Virus record (IMG/VR): IMGVR_UViG_3300045450_000131
Location: 97,228-161,227 of that record
Direction: 5' to 3' (one strand)
Source: a virus
Lineage: Duplodnaviria > Heunggongvirae > Uroviricota > Caudoviricetes
DNA: 64,000 nt
The position numbers and the translations under genes were made by a program. The notes beneath the pieces were generated by a model. The model saw nothing but the letters and a program-made list of their open reading frames with translations, had not been told where the DNA came from and ran no database searches. The stretch's first letter is position 1; each line of letters begins with the position of its first letter. Below, in pieces: positions 1 through 10,051 of this stretch.

Positions 1-1365
1 ATCATTGATTGTGTGGGTGTGACCGAGTAAAGAGTAGCGGTCGTCATGGTTGTGGGATTTTAATGCATAACGATCGTCAAATAGCTTGTCAGCGTTCATC
101 TTGTTATTCAAGAGAGGCTGTAAGTCAGTAATATCTGATGCCACGTGAGTGTGGCGTAAGTCGGCTTTTGTGTTAGTTAAGATGTTAATTTTAGAATCAG
201 CTTGATCTAGTCTAGCATTAACATCTCTCAACTTACCAGCTTGATCAGCAGACATATAACCGGCTGATGTTGGTGATGCCTCATTCATACTGATGCTAAC
301 CACGCGCTCACCAATTACATTGATAGACTCAACTGCCTTAATAGGTGCAATGCCTGAAATTAAGACTGAGGATGGGCCAGAAGAGTAAACTGCAGGTTCA
401 GTTTCAGCATCTACACCAAAAACAATCGTGTTCTTGTTCTTGACAAAGCCAACACGATAAGCTAATAAGCCTGCTGGCCGTGATGATGTTAAGGTGCCGG
501 TGCTGTCAATATACAACGCTTTGCCAATATCGCGTGACCAATCCCACTGATCATATGTAATGTCCCCGCTCTGGGTTAATACACCAACTTCATTCTTGTA
601 TAATGCATCTTGGACAATACCGATTGGCGTCTTCTTATTAATTTCGGCCGGGCTTGAGCTTGCCAAAGACACTGTGTCTTCACCTGAGAAGTAAACTAAA
701 GACATCGCTGGGATGTTTTCGCCCGCGCGTACTGGAATAAATGCATTTGGCGGGATTGCTAAAACGCCAGATGAGCCAGTTGTGGTTCTAATTCTGACTC
801 TAGTATTAGAAGTCAGGAACTCGCCACTTGAAGTTCTTAGTGGGTGCAACTGGCTATCAAGCATGACATAACCAGGATTTACAGGTGTATTCAAATTAAC
901 TTGTGTGCCATACTGTCTAGATGTAATGGAATTATTACCAGCATTAACAACCCCTGCAAACAACCTAACTTTTGTTAACCACTTATTTGCCTGCGAAGAG
1001 AATACCTTCATTGTATTAGTATTCAAGTCAAACCAATGCTGGTCATTGGTAGGGTTTTGTGGTGTTAAGGCAGAAACTTTTGGCTCGAGAGTAGTAATAC
1101 CATATGCAACATTACTAGTAAGCAAATCCATGTCCCAATACAAATAATTATCTACGCCATCGACTAGTGGCCCCCACGCATTCTGTACACTGCTGTCAAA
1201 TGCCTGTAAGTAATCTGAACTGCCATGTGCAAAAGTAATAAGCAATGGGGTCGGCGCAACGTTTAAGCTGACAAAGCCACTAACTGCAGATAGTTGCAAG
1301 AATTGTGGTAGACCGCTGGCGTCTTTTTGGTATGAAATTAAACCCTGTCTGAAGCTGTTTCTCAT
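1..1365 (-). CDS. Virion structural / tail-fibre-like protein, 3' end runs off the window
   Basis: Not in the ORF track. Hand translation from ATG at 1365 (MRNSFRQGLISYQKD...) stays open to base 1. The end has H-x-H repeats (HTHV, HNHD, HTHT) typical of fibre knots. A TAAATA late-type core lies at 1392-1397. Confidence 0.7.
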   Translation of the reverse strand, partial: MRNSFRQGLISYQKDASGLPQFLQLSAVSGFVSLNVAPTPLLITFAHGSSDYLQAFDSSVQNAWGPLVDGVDNYLYWDMDLLTSNVAYGITTLEPKVSALTPQNPTNDQHWFDLNTNTMKVFSSQANKWLTKVRLFAGVVNAGNNSITSRQYGTQVNLNTPVNPGYVMLDSQLHPLRTSSGEFLTSNTRVRIRTTTGSSGVLAIPPNAFIPVRAGENIPAMSLVYFSGEDTVSLASSSPAEINKKTPIGIVQDALYKNEVGVLTQSGDITYDQWDWSRDIGKALYIDSTGTLTSSRPAGLLAYRVGFVKNKNTIVFGVDAETEPAVYSSGPSSVLISGIAPIKAVESINVIGERVVSISMNEASPTSAGYMSADQAGKLRDVNARLDQADSKINILTNTKADLRHTHVASDITDLQPLLNNKMNADKLFDDRYALKSHNHDDRYSLLGHTHTIND

Positions 1366-1409
1366 TTTATTTCCAATAATAACTGATGATGTATTTAATG
1401 ACACACAAC

Positions 1410-1431
1410 AAAAAGCCACCCTAAGGTGGCG
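1410..1431 (-). terminator. Rho-independent terminator
   Basis: GCCACC-TTAG-GGTGGC stem followed by a T run on the minus strand, just downstream of the Acb1-like gene. Confidence 0.75.
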
Positions 1432-1455
1432 ATTCTTATTTAGCAACTAATGCTA

Positions 1456-1887
1456 TTAGCGGGTGACGTCGAGTGGCTCAATCATTTCATGCCAGAACAT
1501 CATTCCAAAATTAGGCAATTCTAATTCATTAATATTAACTTTGCTGCCCTTTTGAATTGAGAGATGCGGGGTGTACGTCTCATAGTCATGAGTACCCCCA
1601 ATGCTCATAAAGTACTCATGACGTCTATTCAAGGTGGGTGAGTCTAATACTATCACTAGATATCCATCATCAAATTGCTCAAACTTTATTGGCGTCGCAA
1701 AGTACTCTGTCGATAGCTGCGTCGTTTTAACTTCTTTTCTAGAATATAAAAGGGTGACGTGCAGGTCATCATTTAAAGTGATTCCCTGCACGACAGCCCA
1801 CTCTTTTAAGAGAGCTAACGTTGCAGGCGTCGGCTTGACAGAAATGTAAGTTCCGGTAGTATTTTCCATTAACTCTCTCAGTAACAT
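1456..1887 (-). CDS. acb1: 2H phosphoesterase, T4 gp57B/Acb1-like anti-CBASS nuclease
   Basis: Two H-x-T/S motifs (LHVTLLYSR, YTPHLSI), plus LVIVLDS..L..RH and G.THDY..YTPH, colinear with T4 57B as recalled; 143 aa. Confidence 0.8.
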   Translation of the reverse strand: MLLRELMENTTGTYISVKPTPATLALLKEWAVVQGITLNDDLHVTLLYSRKEVKTTQLSTEYFATPIKFEQFDDGYLVIVLDSPTLNRRHEYFMSIGGTHDYETYTPHLSIQKGSKVNINELELPNFGMMFWHEMIEPLDVTR

Positions 1888-1890
1888 ATT

Positions 1891-2136
1891 TTATGCTAGA
1901 AGTTTCTTTAGTTCGTTAAAGCCGCCGATGGGCGTGCCATTATGTAGAATTTGTGGCATGCTCTTGGCCGTTGGGATTTGGCTAATTAGGTCGTTACGCG
2001 AAATATACTTTGCGTTCTCTTCCTTCTTTTGTCCGACATCGAGGTGGACAATCTCAAAGTTGGCACCGCACTTTTCAAGTAGTGCCTTGCTTTGATCACA
2101 GAATGGGCATGCAGGTTTTGAATATACTGTAAACAT
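1891..2136 (-). CDS. Glutaredoxin (NrdC-like)
   Basis: CPFC active site, SMPQI and IGGFNEL motifs; adjacent to nrdB. Confidence 0.92.
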   Translation of the reverse strand: MFTVYSKPACPFCDQSKALLEKCGANFEIVHLDVGQKKEENAKYISRNDLISQIPTAKSMPQILHNGTPIGGFNELKKLLA

Positions 2137-2144
2137 AGTTCTCC

Positions 2145-3308
2145 TTAAAGGTCTGGAAGATCGTCATAGTCAATAGTTGAAGTCATGGCGCCCAGAACAT
2201 ACGCCACGTTTTCAGTTTCTTGCATCGCAACTTGCTTCTTGTTGGTGTTGAAGTGCTTATTGTACCATGGAAGGGGAGTTGAACGGACGGTAATAGGAAT
2301 CTTAATCCCGATGTCGTTCAACTTAAGGGGTGCAGTATGGTCAACGAAATCGACCATGATTTTTTCATTCATGCCGGACATTGGACCAAACTTAAATTGA
2401 TACTTTGCCCACGACTTCTCTTCGTCAATAACGGTAATAAGTGCATCACGCGCTTCCTTCATCATCTCAAGTGCAACTTGCTTGAAGCGGGGATCGCGCT
2501 TAACGAGAGAATTAATAATCCAGGCAGTCCATTTGGTGTGAAGTGTTTCGTCCTGTAGAATTAGGGAGATGATATTGCCTGAACCGATAAAGATTTTGTT
2601 TTCAACCATACCCAAACTGGTAGCGAATGAAACCATGAATCGAATTGCTTCTAACCCGTATGACGCAATCAAAGCCATCCAAATGGCTCTAATGTGTTTA
2701 TGTTCGGTGGTTTGGCTTTCAAGGTACTTAATAGTTGGTGCAAGTAAAGCCTTCAGTTCAGGATTACGTTTGACATCTTCTCTTAAGCTATTTAGGGTGA
2801 TTATGTTGCTGTTGATCTGGTGAAGCTCATCATAATATTTGCTAATGCCGCTCGTCATATTGATAATTTCTGGATTATCATGGATAGAGTTAAACTGCTC
2901 AACTGGCACGTTGTAAATGTTTTTAATAATGTGCGAATATGAGTCAGAGTGGATTTGTTCAATTGCTGACCACCACAACATCAGGCCTTCAATTTCTGGC
3001 ACTGAACAAACTGGAGTAAAGATTTGAACTGGTGATCGACCTTGGATAGAATCAAGGGTAGTTTGACGCAAAAGGTTAGAAGTGTAGATGTGACTGGTTG
3101 CACGAGATGCTTCCTTGAAGTCAATCTGATCCTTCATCAAGTTAATTTCACCTGGTTGCCAGAAGGCACCCTTCTGGATGTTTAAAAATTCAGCAACTTT
3201 AGGGAATGCATATTCTTCGTAGCGCTGGATAGTAACTGAACCGGCTGGGTCTAAGAACATCTGCCGATTGCTGTAGTTTGGGATTTTTGAAAAGTCTAGT
3301 GTTGCCAT
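2145..3308 (-). CDS. nrdB: Ribonucleotide reductase class Ia beta subunit
   Basis: FWQPGEINL, EQIHSDSYS, LEAIRF and DETLH iron ligands; C-terminal QETE..Y. Confidence 0.96.
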   Translation of the reverse strand: MATLDFSKIPNYSNRQMFLDPAGSVTIQRYEEYAFPKVAEFLNIQKGAFWQPGEINLMKDQIDFKEASRATSHIYTSNLLRQTTLDSIQGRSPVQIFTPVCSVPEIEGLMLWWSAIEQIHSDSYSHIIKNIYNVPVEQFNSIHDNPEIINMTSGISKYYDELHQINSNIITLNSLREDVKRNPELKALLAPTIKYLESQTTEHKHIRAIWMALIASYGLEAIRFMVSFATSLGMVENKIFIGSGNIISLILQDETLHTKWTAWIINSLVKRDPRFKQVALEMMKEARDALITVIDEEKSWAKYQFKFGPMSGMNEKIMVDFVDHTAPLKLNDIGIKIPITVRSTPLPWYNKHFNTNKKQVAMQETENVAYVLGAMTSTIDYDDLPDL

Positions 3309-3361
3309 GTTAAAAATAGTTATATAGAGGTGGAGAATTTAAAATTCTCCACCCTCTTAAT

Positions 3362-5731
3362 TTATAGAACGCAAGCCTCGCAAGCTTCTTCATCATCGAT
3401 ACTCATGATAGGTGATGGCTCACCAATGTATTCAATTATATTACTTACGCTGGCCTCGTCATCCTTACTAACAGCATCGTGCAATCCTTGCTTGTCGGTT
3501 AGGTTGTAGTAGTGAGACTTAAATCCCCACTTATGGCACAACATTAGCACCTTCAATACGAGGGTGATCGGAATCTTACCCTGTGGGAAGAACTTCGGTG
3601 AGTAGAAGGTATTAGACGAGATACCTTGATCAACATACACCTGGCAAACTGCCACGGTCTTCAGGTATGGGATTGGGTCTGGCTGATCCCATAGTAGTTG
3701 ATAGTGCTTGCCTAATTTCTTGTATTCTGGTGCAACTTGCGCAAAGCCGCCAGCTTTGCTTTCCTTAATAACAATTAGCTGCTTAATCATTTCCATGCCG
3801 TTGGTTGAAGTCAACACGACAGAGGATGATTCAACCGGCGCAATTGCCATGAGAGTGGAGTTGCGAATGCCAAACTTTACCATTCGACCCCGTAGGAATT
3901 CCCAAGCAAGGTCTTCAGATGGGCTGAAGTCTGTAATTTCATTGACGCCTGGCGCTCGACGCTCCCACGGGAAGACGCCCTTGCCATACCATGTGTTCTT
4001 TGATTCAGTGCATGGGCCCTTCTCTTCAGCCAAGTCAACGCTTGCCTCAATTAGATAATATGAAAGGTGCTCCATAACCTTCTTCATTTCAGCTAGCGCT
4101 TCAGGCTCACCATACTTAAGCTTGCGCTTAGCATGCCAGTAGGCAACGTTGGTGATACCTATTCCGAGTGGCTCGAATTCAATGTTGTGCAATCTAGATT
4201 GTTCAGTGAGGAAGGTCTGATATTGCAGCAAGTTGTGTAACCAACGATGTAGTACACGAGCTGGGTGCTTCAAGTCAGATGGACGCTTAATTTTGCCCAA
4301 GTTAAGAGAACCTAAGGTGCAAAGTGCAATGCGGCCGTCGGGATCATCGACAGTTTGGAACGAACGGGTGTGCAGCATGATTTCAGTGCATAGGTTCGTT
4401 TGGTAAACTGGGGATATTGTCGAAATCAGCGGGCCTTGATTCTGAACGTTGTCTACATTCAAAATGAAGATACGGCCGGTTTCTTGCCGTTCCTTAATGA
4501 ACATGTCCTTGAAGATGGTTTCGGCTGGGATTGAGCGAGTGCGCAGGTCCTTCCTTTTCTCATACTTGACATACAGTTCTTCAAACTTCGCGATATCACG
4601 ATAGTAAGCTTCATACAAGTCAGGCACTTCATTTGGGTCGAAGAAGGTGATGTTTTGCTGAGCTTTGAGCCGCCGCCAGAAGATCGCGGCATTTGCAACG
4701 CAGTAGTCAAGGTGACGAACTCGACTTTCCTCAGTGCCTTGGTTGTTCTTTAAAACAATTAGGTCGGGGAATGAGTAGTGCCAGATTGGATAGTTAACGG
4801 TTGCGGCGGCATTACGAATACCACCAGCGGAGCATGAACGCAAATCATAGAACCACTTCTTCAGGAATGGGGTAAAACCAGTGTGCTTGATTTCACCGTT
4901 GCGAATTGGGGCACCAAGCGGGCGAAGACGACCAACATCCAAACCAATACCGGCGCGCTTGCTTGCATAGTCAGCAAGGACTTGGCCAGATGCAAAGATT
5001 GACTTAAGAGTGTCGTCAGACTTAATTAAAACGCATGAGCTAAATTGCTTGGTTGGGGTACCTAAGCCTGCAAGCACTGGAGTTGCCAAGGTGAACATGC
5101 CGTCAGATGATTCTTGATAACCATCTCTAACCCACTTCATACGGTCCTTCTTCTCAGCGTGAAACGCGGTGGCTGCTGCAACCATGTAACGCACTTGTGG
5201 GGTCTCAATAATTTGACCAGTTACCTTATTTTGAACTAGGTACTTTTCGCATAGCTGCTCAACTGCGGCATAAGGTAGAAGCTCGTCTTTGTCATGGTCA
5301 ATGTACTTATCAAGTTGGTCCCATTCGGCTTCGGTATACCACTCTAGCAATTCACTGGTGTAGAGCTTTGTATCAACGTTCTTCTTGATGATTTCATACA
5401 GTCGCGGTGGGGTGTAATCTCCATACACGTCCTTCCGCAGCATGGTGATGCGCTGCTTACCAGCTGCCATTTCGTACATGACGTCACCAATGTCGGGATG
5501 CTCCGACTCGTCAATTAAATTAACCATCCCGCGAAGTGCGATTTCATCCAGCTGTCGTGTCGTCATGCCATCATGAAACTCAGCTTGCGCGTGAATCTCA
5601 ATCATCGATGGGGATACGTTTGGAATGCCATCGCAGACACGGGCAATTTGGGCCTGGAATTTAGCGAGGTCAAACTTAGTTTTAGAACCATCGCGTTTAA
5701 CTAATGTGTAATCTTCTAGTTTCTTTTCCAT
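3362..5731 (-). CDS. nrdA: Ribonucleotide reductase class Ia alpha subunit
   Basis: N-terminal ATP cone (VKRDG..F), ATPVLAGLG, QFSSCVLI, TNLCTEI, CTLGSLN, and C-terminal CEACVL. Confidence 0.97.
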   Translation of the reverse strand: MEKKLEDYTLVKRDGSKTKFDLAKFQAQIARVCDGIPNVSPSMIEIHAQAEFHDGMTTRQLDEIALRGMVNLIDESEHPDIGDVMYEMAAGKQRITMLRKDVYGDYTPPRLYEIIKKNVDTKLYTSELLEWYTEAEWDQLDKYIDHDKDELLPYAAVEQLCEKYLVQNKVTGQIIETPQVRYMVAAATAFHAEKKDRMKWVRDGYQESSDGMFTLATPVLAGLGTPTKQFSSCVLIKSDDTLKSIFASGQVLADYASKRAGIGLDVGRLRPLGAPIRNGEIKHTGFTPFLKKWFYDLRSCSAGGIRNAAATVNYPIWHYSFPDLIVLKNNQGTEESRVRHLDYCVANAAIFWRRLKAQQNITFFDPNEVPDLYEAYYRDIAKFEELYVKYEKRKDLRTRSIPAETIFKDMFIKERQETGRIFILNVDNVQNQGPLISTISPVYQTNLCTEIMLHTRSFQTVDDPDGRIALCTLGSLNLGKIKRPSDLKHPARVLHRWLHNLLQYQTFLTEQSRLHNIEFEPLGIGITNVAYWHAKRKLKYGEPEALAEMKKVMEHLSYYLIEASVDLAEEKGPCTESKNTWYGKGVFPWERRAPGVNEITDFSPSEDLAWEFLRGRMVKFGIRNSTLMAIAPVESSSVVLTSTNGMEMIKQLIVIKESKAGGFAQVAPEYKKLGKHYQLLWDQPDPIPYLKTVAVCQVYVDQGISSNTFYSPKFFPQGKIPITLVLKVLMLCHKWGFKSHYYNLTDKQGLHDAVSKDDEASVSNIIEYIGEPSPIMSIDDEEACEACVL

Positions 5732-5848
5732 ATTTCAGTGTAAATGTTGATTTCAGAGATAGCAATGCCCGCTAACAATTAGTTATTGTAACTTAAAGTT
5801 AAGAAGGGCTAAAGACAATAATAGGCTCACGATGGAGCCTATTATGTC

Positions 5849-6442
5849 TTATGCAAATGTTTCTGGGGAAGTTGTGAAGGCGCGCATTTCATTAATGCGG
5901 CGGAGCCAACCATTGAGGTATTTTGCTTGTGATGGGTTTGATGCGACGATCTGCCTGTAAAAGGCAGTGCGCTGATCACAAATGCTATTACATGCAGTAA
6001 TCTGGTTGAGGGTTTTAATTTTGGCGAGTGTGACAGGTCCAATTACGCCATCTGCATTTACACCTGCTGCCCGCTGTAAGAAGGTGTTGGCACGCTGAAT
6101 GCCGTGGTTAACGCAGCCGTCAAAGTGTAAAACTGCAATTCGTGATGGTAGTTGGTCGCACTTTCCGGCGATCCAGTATCTTGCGAAGTAAACCGCCTTT
6201 GCTTGTTCCCAAGTCAATAATGCAATATTCAAATCATTATTGGCATTTTTAGCCACGCCAAATTTAGTTTCGCCGCCCCTGTCTTGGGGATCGTTGACGT
6301 AACCGACTGCTTTACGGTTAGCGGCAGTATCAATCCGACCTAATAATACGGCTGGGTGGTTTACATTCCAGAAACCACCCACCTCGTACAACATCGCATG
6401 GTCAATAGCCCGTTCAAAGGCTTTTGTGTATGCCATAATCAT
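5849..6442 (-). CDS. Endolysin, glycosyl hydrolase 108 family with peptidoglycan-binding domain
   Basis: EVGG, DPQDRGGETKFGV, FDGCVNHG, LQRAAGV.ADG.IGP.TL and YL.GW..R motifs. Confidence 0.88.
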   Translation of the reverse strand: MIMAYTKAFERAIDHAMLYEVGGFWNVNHPAVLLGRIDTAANRKAVGYVNDPQDRGGETKFGVAKNANNDLNIALLTWEQAKAVYFARYWIAGKCDQLPSRIAVLHFDGCVNHGIQRANTFLQRAAGVNADGVIGPVTLAKIKTLNQITACNSICDQRTAFYRQIVASNPSQAKYLNGWLRRINEMRAFTTSPETFA

Positions 6443-6461
6443 ACTCCTTGTTTATGAGGAG

Positions 6462-6469
6462 TATTTATA
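6462..6469 (-). promoter_or_regulatory. T4-type late promoter TATAAATA
   Basis: Exact T4 late consensus about 20 nt upstream of the endolysin start. Confidence 0.75.
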
Positions 6470-6493
6470 AGGCACCGCCCAGATTACGAAAGA

Positions 6494-7003
6494 TTAACCC
6501 AAAATATCACCAACTGTGCTGCCATTAATATATCTCCCTAAATCATGGGGTCCGCACACAATACCATAAAAAATCTGCTTTCCATGTGATAATTCAGGCC
6601 CGGTTGGGTGAATCATAGCACTTCCCTTCAGAATCATTGGGTGTACACAGGATTTCTTTTCTGAAAAATTTACAACCTGTAATTTAGTTGTAACTAATTT
6701 TGAGTCGTGCGGCGAGAATAACAAAATGTCATGTTCGAAGGTGGCACAAGCCGTAACTGGGATTGTGTCAATAGTATAAGTTTCCTTATCCACTGCAATC
6801 AAAGACCAGGATGCAGGCAAGTCCATCTCTAGATTTTGCACCTTGATAGTAATGGTTGGCCCGGTTGTTTCTTCCAAGTAATCTAGTGATTCAACCTTGA
6901 AGTCCATCATATGGCCTGAGAAGGACCAGAAGTGAGTGACTCCCATTGGGGCACTAATATTATCGATAATGTATGGACGTGAGAAGTCAGATAGGATTTG
7001 CAT
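6494..7003 (-). CDS. Hypothetical protein
   Basis: 169-aa ORF in operon context; no motif recognised. Confidence 0.7.
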   Translation of the reverse strand: MQILSDFSRPYIIDNISAPMGVTHFWSFSGHMMDFKVESLDYLEETTGPTITIKVQNLEMDLPASWSLIAVDKETYTIDTIPVTACATFEHDILLFSPHDSKLVTTKLQVVNFSEKKSCVHPMILKGSAMIHPTGPELSHGKQIFYGIVCGPHDLGRYINGSTVGDILG

Positions 7004-7029
7004 GTTTTCTTATTTTCAATCTAATGCTG

Positions 7030-7335
7030 TTATAGTGGGGCTGGTGTGTAATCGGCTTCAAAATCATCTTTTGACATTACAATAAATCTGCCTAATTTAG
7101 TCTTAGTAATATAATCTCCCGGTTCTATGAGCTCGGGATAAAATTCACCATCCATAATAAAGTCAGAAACTTCTAATATACCATATCGGTTACGTGGCAA
7201 CTCTAATTCAAGTGTTCCTGCCGTCCCGACTATTTTAATATCGTCGGTATTAAGTAATTCTCTAACGTCAGGGTGATCACCGTGTTTCCACCACTGAGTG
7301 GCTTCAACATATTGTGGGTTTCGCATGTATCTCAT
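7030..7335 (-). CDS. Conserved phage protein of the EA.QW...GDYI type
   Basis: VEATQW, GTLE, PGDYITK and F...Y motifs of a widespread phage family of unknown function. Confidence 0.65.
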   Translation of the reverse strand: MRYMRNPQYVEATQWWKHGDHPDVRELLNTDDIKIVGTAGTLELELPRNRYGILEVSDFIMDGEFYPELIEPGDYITKTKLGRFIVMSKDDFEADYTPAPL

Positions 7336-7826
7336 AGAGTGATTATCGACATGTAGATTGCACCGTATTCAAAATCAGCGTGATCAAATCCTGCTTCGCT
7401 GTATGCCTTTTCAATTTGAATCTTTTGAATTGAAACTAAAATCTTAGAAGTTGCGTGCTTGTTATATTTCTCTTCATTCTTAACTAAAGCTAAGACTTCA
7501 TGCTTAATGTGATTAAATGCCGCATATTCTAAGTCTAGACCACCATTGATCATAATAATGCGTTTTTCAATATCAATAGCGAAGTCCTCTTTTGCTATCA
7601 TATCGCCGTAATTTTTATCGTGATATGAATACGGTCTATTAAGCTTGAATGTATTACAGTTTAAACTTTCTGGTGAATTACCCACAGTTTGAAAGTCAAT
7701 TTGGATGCTATATCTTAAATCCAACTTTCTTAATTCAGAGATTACTTTTCTACGCAACTCTATATTAGCAAGGTATTCGTCTCTGCTCATGTTATCTTCC
7801 AATTCTGTTATTTGACAATCGCTCAA
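7332..7826 (-). CDS. Hypothetical protein
   Basis: ORF overlapping its neighbours; the start may be at MSRDEY. Confidence 0.6.
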   Translation of the reverse strand: MSDCQITELEDNMSRDEYLANIELRRKVISELRKLDLRYSIQIDFQTVGNSPESLNCNTFKLNRPYSYHDKNYGDMIAKEDFAIDIEKRIIMINGGLDLEYAAFNHIKHEVLALVKNEEKYNKHATSKILVSIQKIQIEKAYSEAGFDHADFEYGAIYMSIITL

Positions 7827-7980
7827 TTAACATCTTTAGCTTGTCATTCTCTAATTCTAGCCTATCAATTCGGGCGGCAAGTTCAGCATATCCACTAATA
7901 TTTTTGTGTTCTTCCATGCCTAATCGATTATTTCTATCAATTAGCTGCAAGTTGTCAAATTGCTCTTTAGTCATTGTCAT
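7792..7980 (-). CDS. Hypothetical small coiled-coil protein
   Basis: 62 aa, heptad-rich C-terminus, overlaps both neighbours. Confidence 0.55.
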   Translation of the reverse strand: MTMTKEQFDNLQLIDRNNRLGMEEHKNISGYAELAARIDRLELENDKLKMLIERLSNNRIGR

Positions 7981-8219
7981 GATGATAGCCTCTTAAGTTT
8001 GTTTTGCAATTCAGTTACTTGAGCTTTCAATACCCTATTTTGGTGCACCAATAGATTTGCCCTATCAGTTAGGGACTTAATCTGATTAGTTAGTGAACGC
8101 GTGTGCTTAAAAATATTCTCATTGAGATGTTTTATATTAGCTTCATCCTGTGATGGCATAGAATCCTCATGTAATTTTCTAATATTACTGATTGTAACAC
8201 GCACCACAAAGTCGCGCAA
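7977..8219 (-). CDS. Hypothetical coiled-coil protein
   Basis: 80 aa with a heptad pattern. Confidence 0.5.
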   Translation of the reverse strand: MRDFVVRVTISNIRKLHEDSMPSQDEANIKHLNENIFKHTRSLTNQIKSLTDRANLLVHQNRVLKAQVTELQNKLKRLSS

Positions 8220-8257
8220 GTATTTCTAGGTTGCGCGACTTTGTGGTGCAAAAATGC

Positions 8258-8629
8258 TTAGACTTTCTCTTTTACAAATTTAGCGTGAAATTCTTCTTCT
8301 GTATACTTTCTAACAACATACCCTTCGTCAGCATCAAACATATACCTCAAATAATAATCTTTATATTTTAAAGCATAAAGAGTGTTTACCGACACTCTTA
8401 CATCCTTATGATGAACCGCAAAACAGTAAGTTTCCTTAGGATCAACTTCCATAAGAAGCGCCTCTAAGTGTTCTTTAAGAAGCGCATATGAGGTATCATC
8501 TAATGGTGTTAAGATAGGTGCTGTGCAAAAAATATCATCAAATAATGATACGGTCACACCCCATGCATGCTTTTTAATACTTTTGTATCGTGTCTCTTTC
8601 GCGTAATCATCTAAAGTTAGTTTTTCCAT
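8258..8629 (-). CDS. Hypothetical protein
   Basis: 123-aa ORF directly downstream of uvsW with an SD-like AGGG. Confidence 0.6.
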   Translation of the reverse strand: MEKLTLDDYAKETRYKSIKKHAWGVTVSLFDDIFCTAPILTPLDDTSYALLKEHLEALLMEVDPKETYCFAVHHKDVRVSVNTLYALKYKDYYLRYMFDADEGYVVRKYTEEEFHAKFVKEKV

Positions 8630-8638
8630 AATTTTTCC

Positions 8639-10051
8639 CTAAAGCTTGTATTTTACAAGTTTGTTAATAGGATATTCGGATTGTTTAAAATATTTTGCAC
8701 GCTCTCTGTAATGTTTCTTACTCCACTTCAGTTTGGAGTGAACATCCACCAGGTGAACACGCTCTTTATCTCGGCCTTTTCGCAATCCACGGCCAATACT
8801 TTGAATACAGCGGATGAAGGACTTGCCTGCATCCACCATAATTTCGCAGAAAATCCGATCAATACTAATACCAGTTGACGCAATGCCGAAGGTCGCAATA
8901 ACAATCAAGTCATCACGGGTTTCAAACATACTATACCACTCTGCTCTGACATCTGTATCATCCGCGCCATGTAAGAAGACGGAATCCTTGATTAGTTTCT
9001 GTAGTGCCTTACCCTGTTTAATTGAATTTACTAAAACTAGGGTGTTGCCATATTGCTCCGCCTTGACAATAATCAAATTGGCTAGAAAGTCAAGCCGCTC
9101 GGATGACTTCGCCAAGAAAGTCTTCTCACTGCCGTAATCTGGAAACTCTTCATCGACGTCATCTTCAATCTCGACTGGCTCAATCTCAAGTTGTGCTAGG
9201 TATCCCATTTCCATCAACTGCGCGGCGGATATAGAATATAATACCTCGCCAATGGAGCCCTTCAGAGTGACCTTGTCAATCTCTGGAGTAGGCATGGTAC
9301 CAGTAAAACCGAAGCGATACCCAATATCCTTTGCATAGACATTAATTAGTTCGCCAACTACCTTCGCCTTAGCACCATGCGCTTCGTCAACAATGACGCA
9401 GTGGAAGTCTCTCACTACAGCTGGGTTATTCTGTAGAGATTGCCAAGTCGCAACTACCACCTCGTGGTAGATGTCTTTCGTACTGCCTGAATAGATACCA
9501 ACATCTAATAATCCTAACTTAAAGGTGGCAACTGTCTGCTTAACTAAGTCGTCTGACGGCACAATAACGATAGTGCGCTTATCATTAATTGCCATTACAT
9601 CCGCCAGGCCAGCAACCATCCAAGTCTTGCCTGAACCCGTCGCAGCTAGAATAAAGCCGCTGGTATTTTCCAAGCATGCATTGATGGCATCAACTTGATA
9701 TGGTCGCAATTCGACTTTAAGCTGCATGCCCGGCTTATTAATAAACCAATCTTTGTCAATCCTAGTATCAATTAACTCTATAGGCTTGCGGTTATCCACT
9801 AAGTCAATGTCGTAATTCCAACTTTCCAGGTATGGGGTGATGTCATCTAGCAGTCTATGGTAGACTTTGCCATTCTTATCAAAGAAATTTACCTTCCCAT
9901 TCCATCTCCCAATCTTGTAGGCAGGCATGAAAAAAGCCCCCTCGACCATGAGAGCAAACTTATTTTCTAAGAACTCTTGGTCAGGAGGATTCAAGCCACT
10001 GATGTGACAATATACTTCATCATTTACAGTAATACGTGCGGTCTTACCCAT
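8639..10051 (-). CDS. uvsW: SF2 DNA helicase, UvsW-like
   Basis: LRPYQ, ATGSGKT, IVDEAH, GFTGT, TGISI and QSIGRGLR motifs. Confidence 0.93.
   Translation of the reverse strand: MGKTARITVNDEVYCHISGLNPPDQEFLENKFALMVEGAFFMPAYKIGRWNGKVNFFDKNGKVYHRLLDDITPYLESWNYDIDLVDNRKPIELIDTRIDKDWFINKPGMQLKVELRPYQVDAINACLENTSGFILAATGSGKTWMVAGLADVMAINDKRTIVIVPSDDLVKQTVATFKLGLLDVGIYSGSTKDIYHEVVVATWQSLQNNPAVVRDFHCVIVDEAHGAKAKVVGELINVYAKDIGYRFGFTGTMPTPEIDKVTLKGSIGEVLYSISAAQLMEMGYLAQLEIEPVEIEDDVDEEFPDYGSEKTFLAKSSERLDFLANLIIVKAEQYGNTLVLVNSIKQGKALQKLIKDSVFLHGADDTDVRAEWYSMFETRDDLIVIATFGIASTGISIDRIFCEIMVDAGKSFIRCIQSIGRGLRKGRDKERVHLVDVHSKLKWSKKHYRERAKYFKQSEYPINKLVKYKL

Noticed and set aside
2145-5731. Possible introns or inteins in nrdA/nrdB (also checked in gp17, uvsX and gp23)
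   Set aside because: All are single ORFs of normal length, with no splice-junction motifs or endonuclease insertions.
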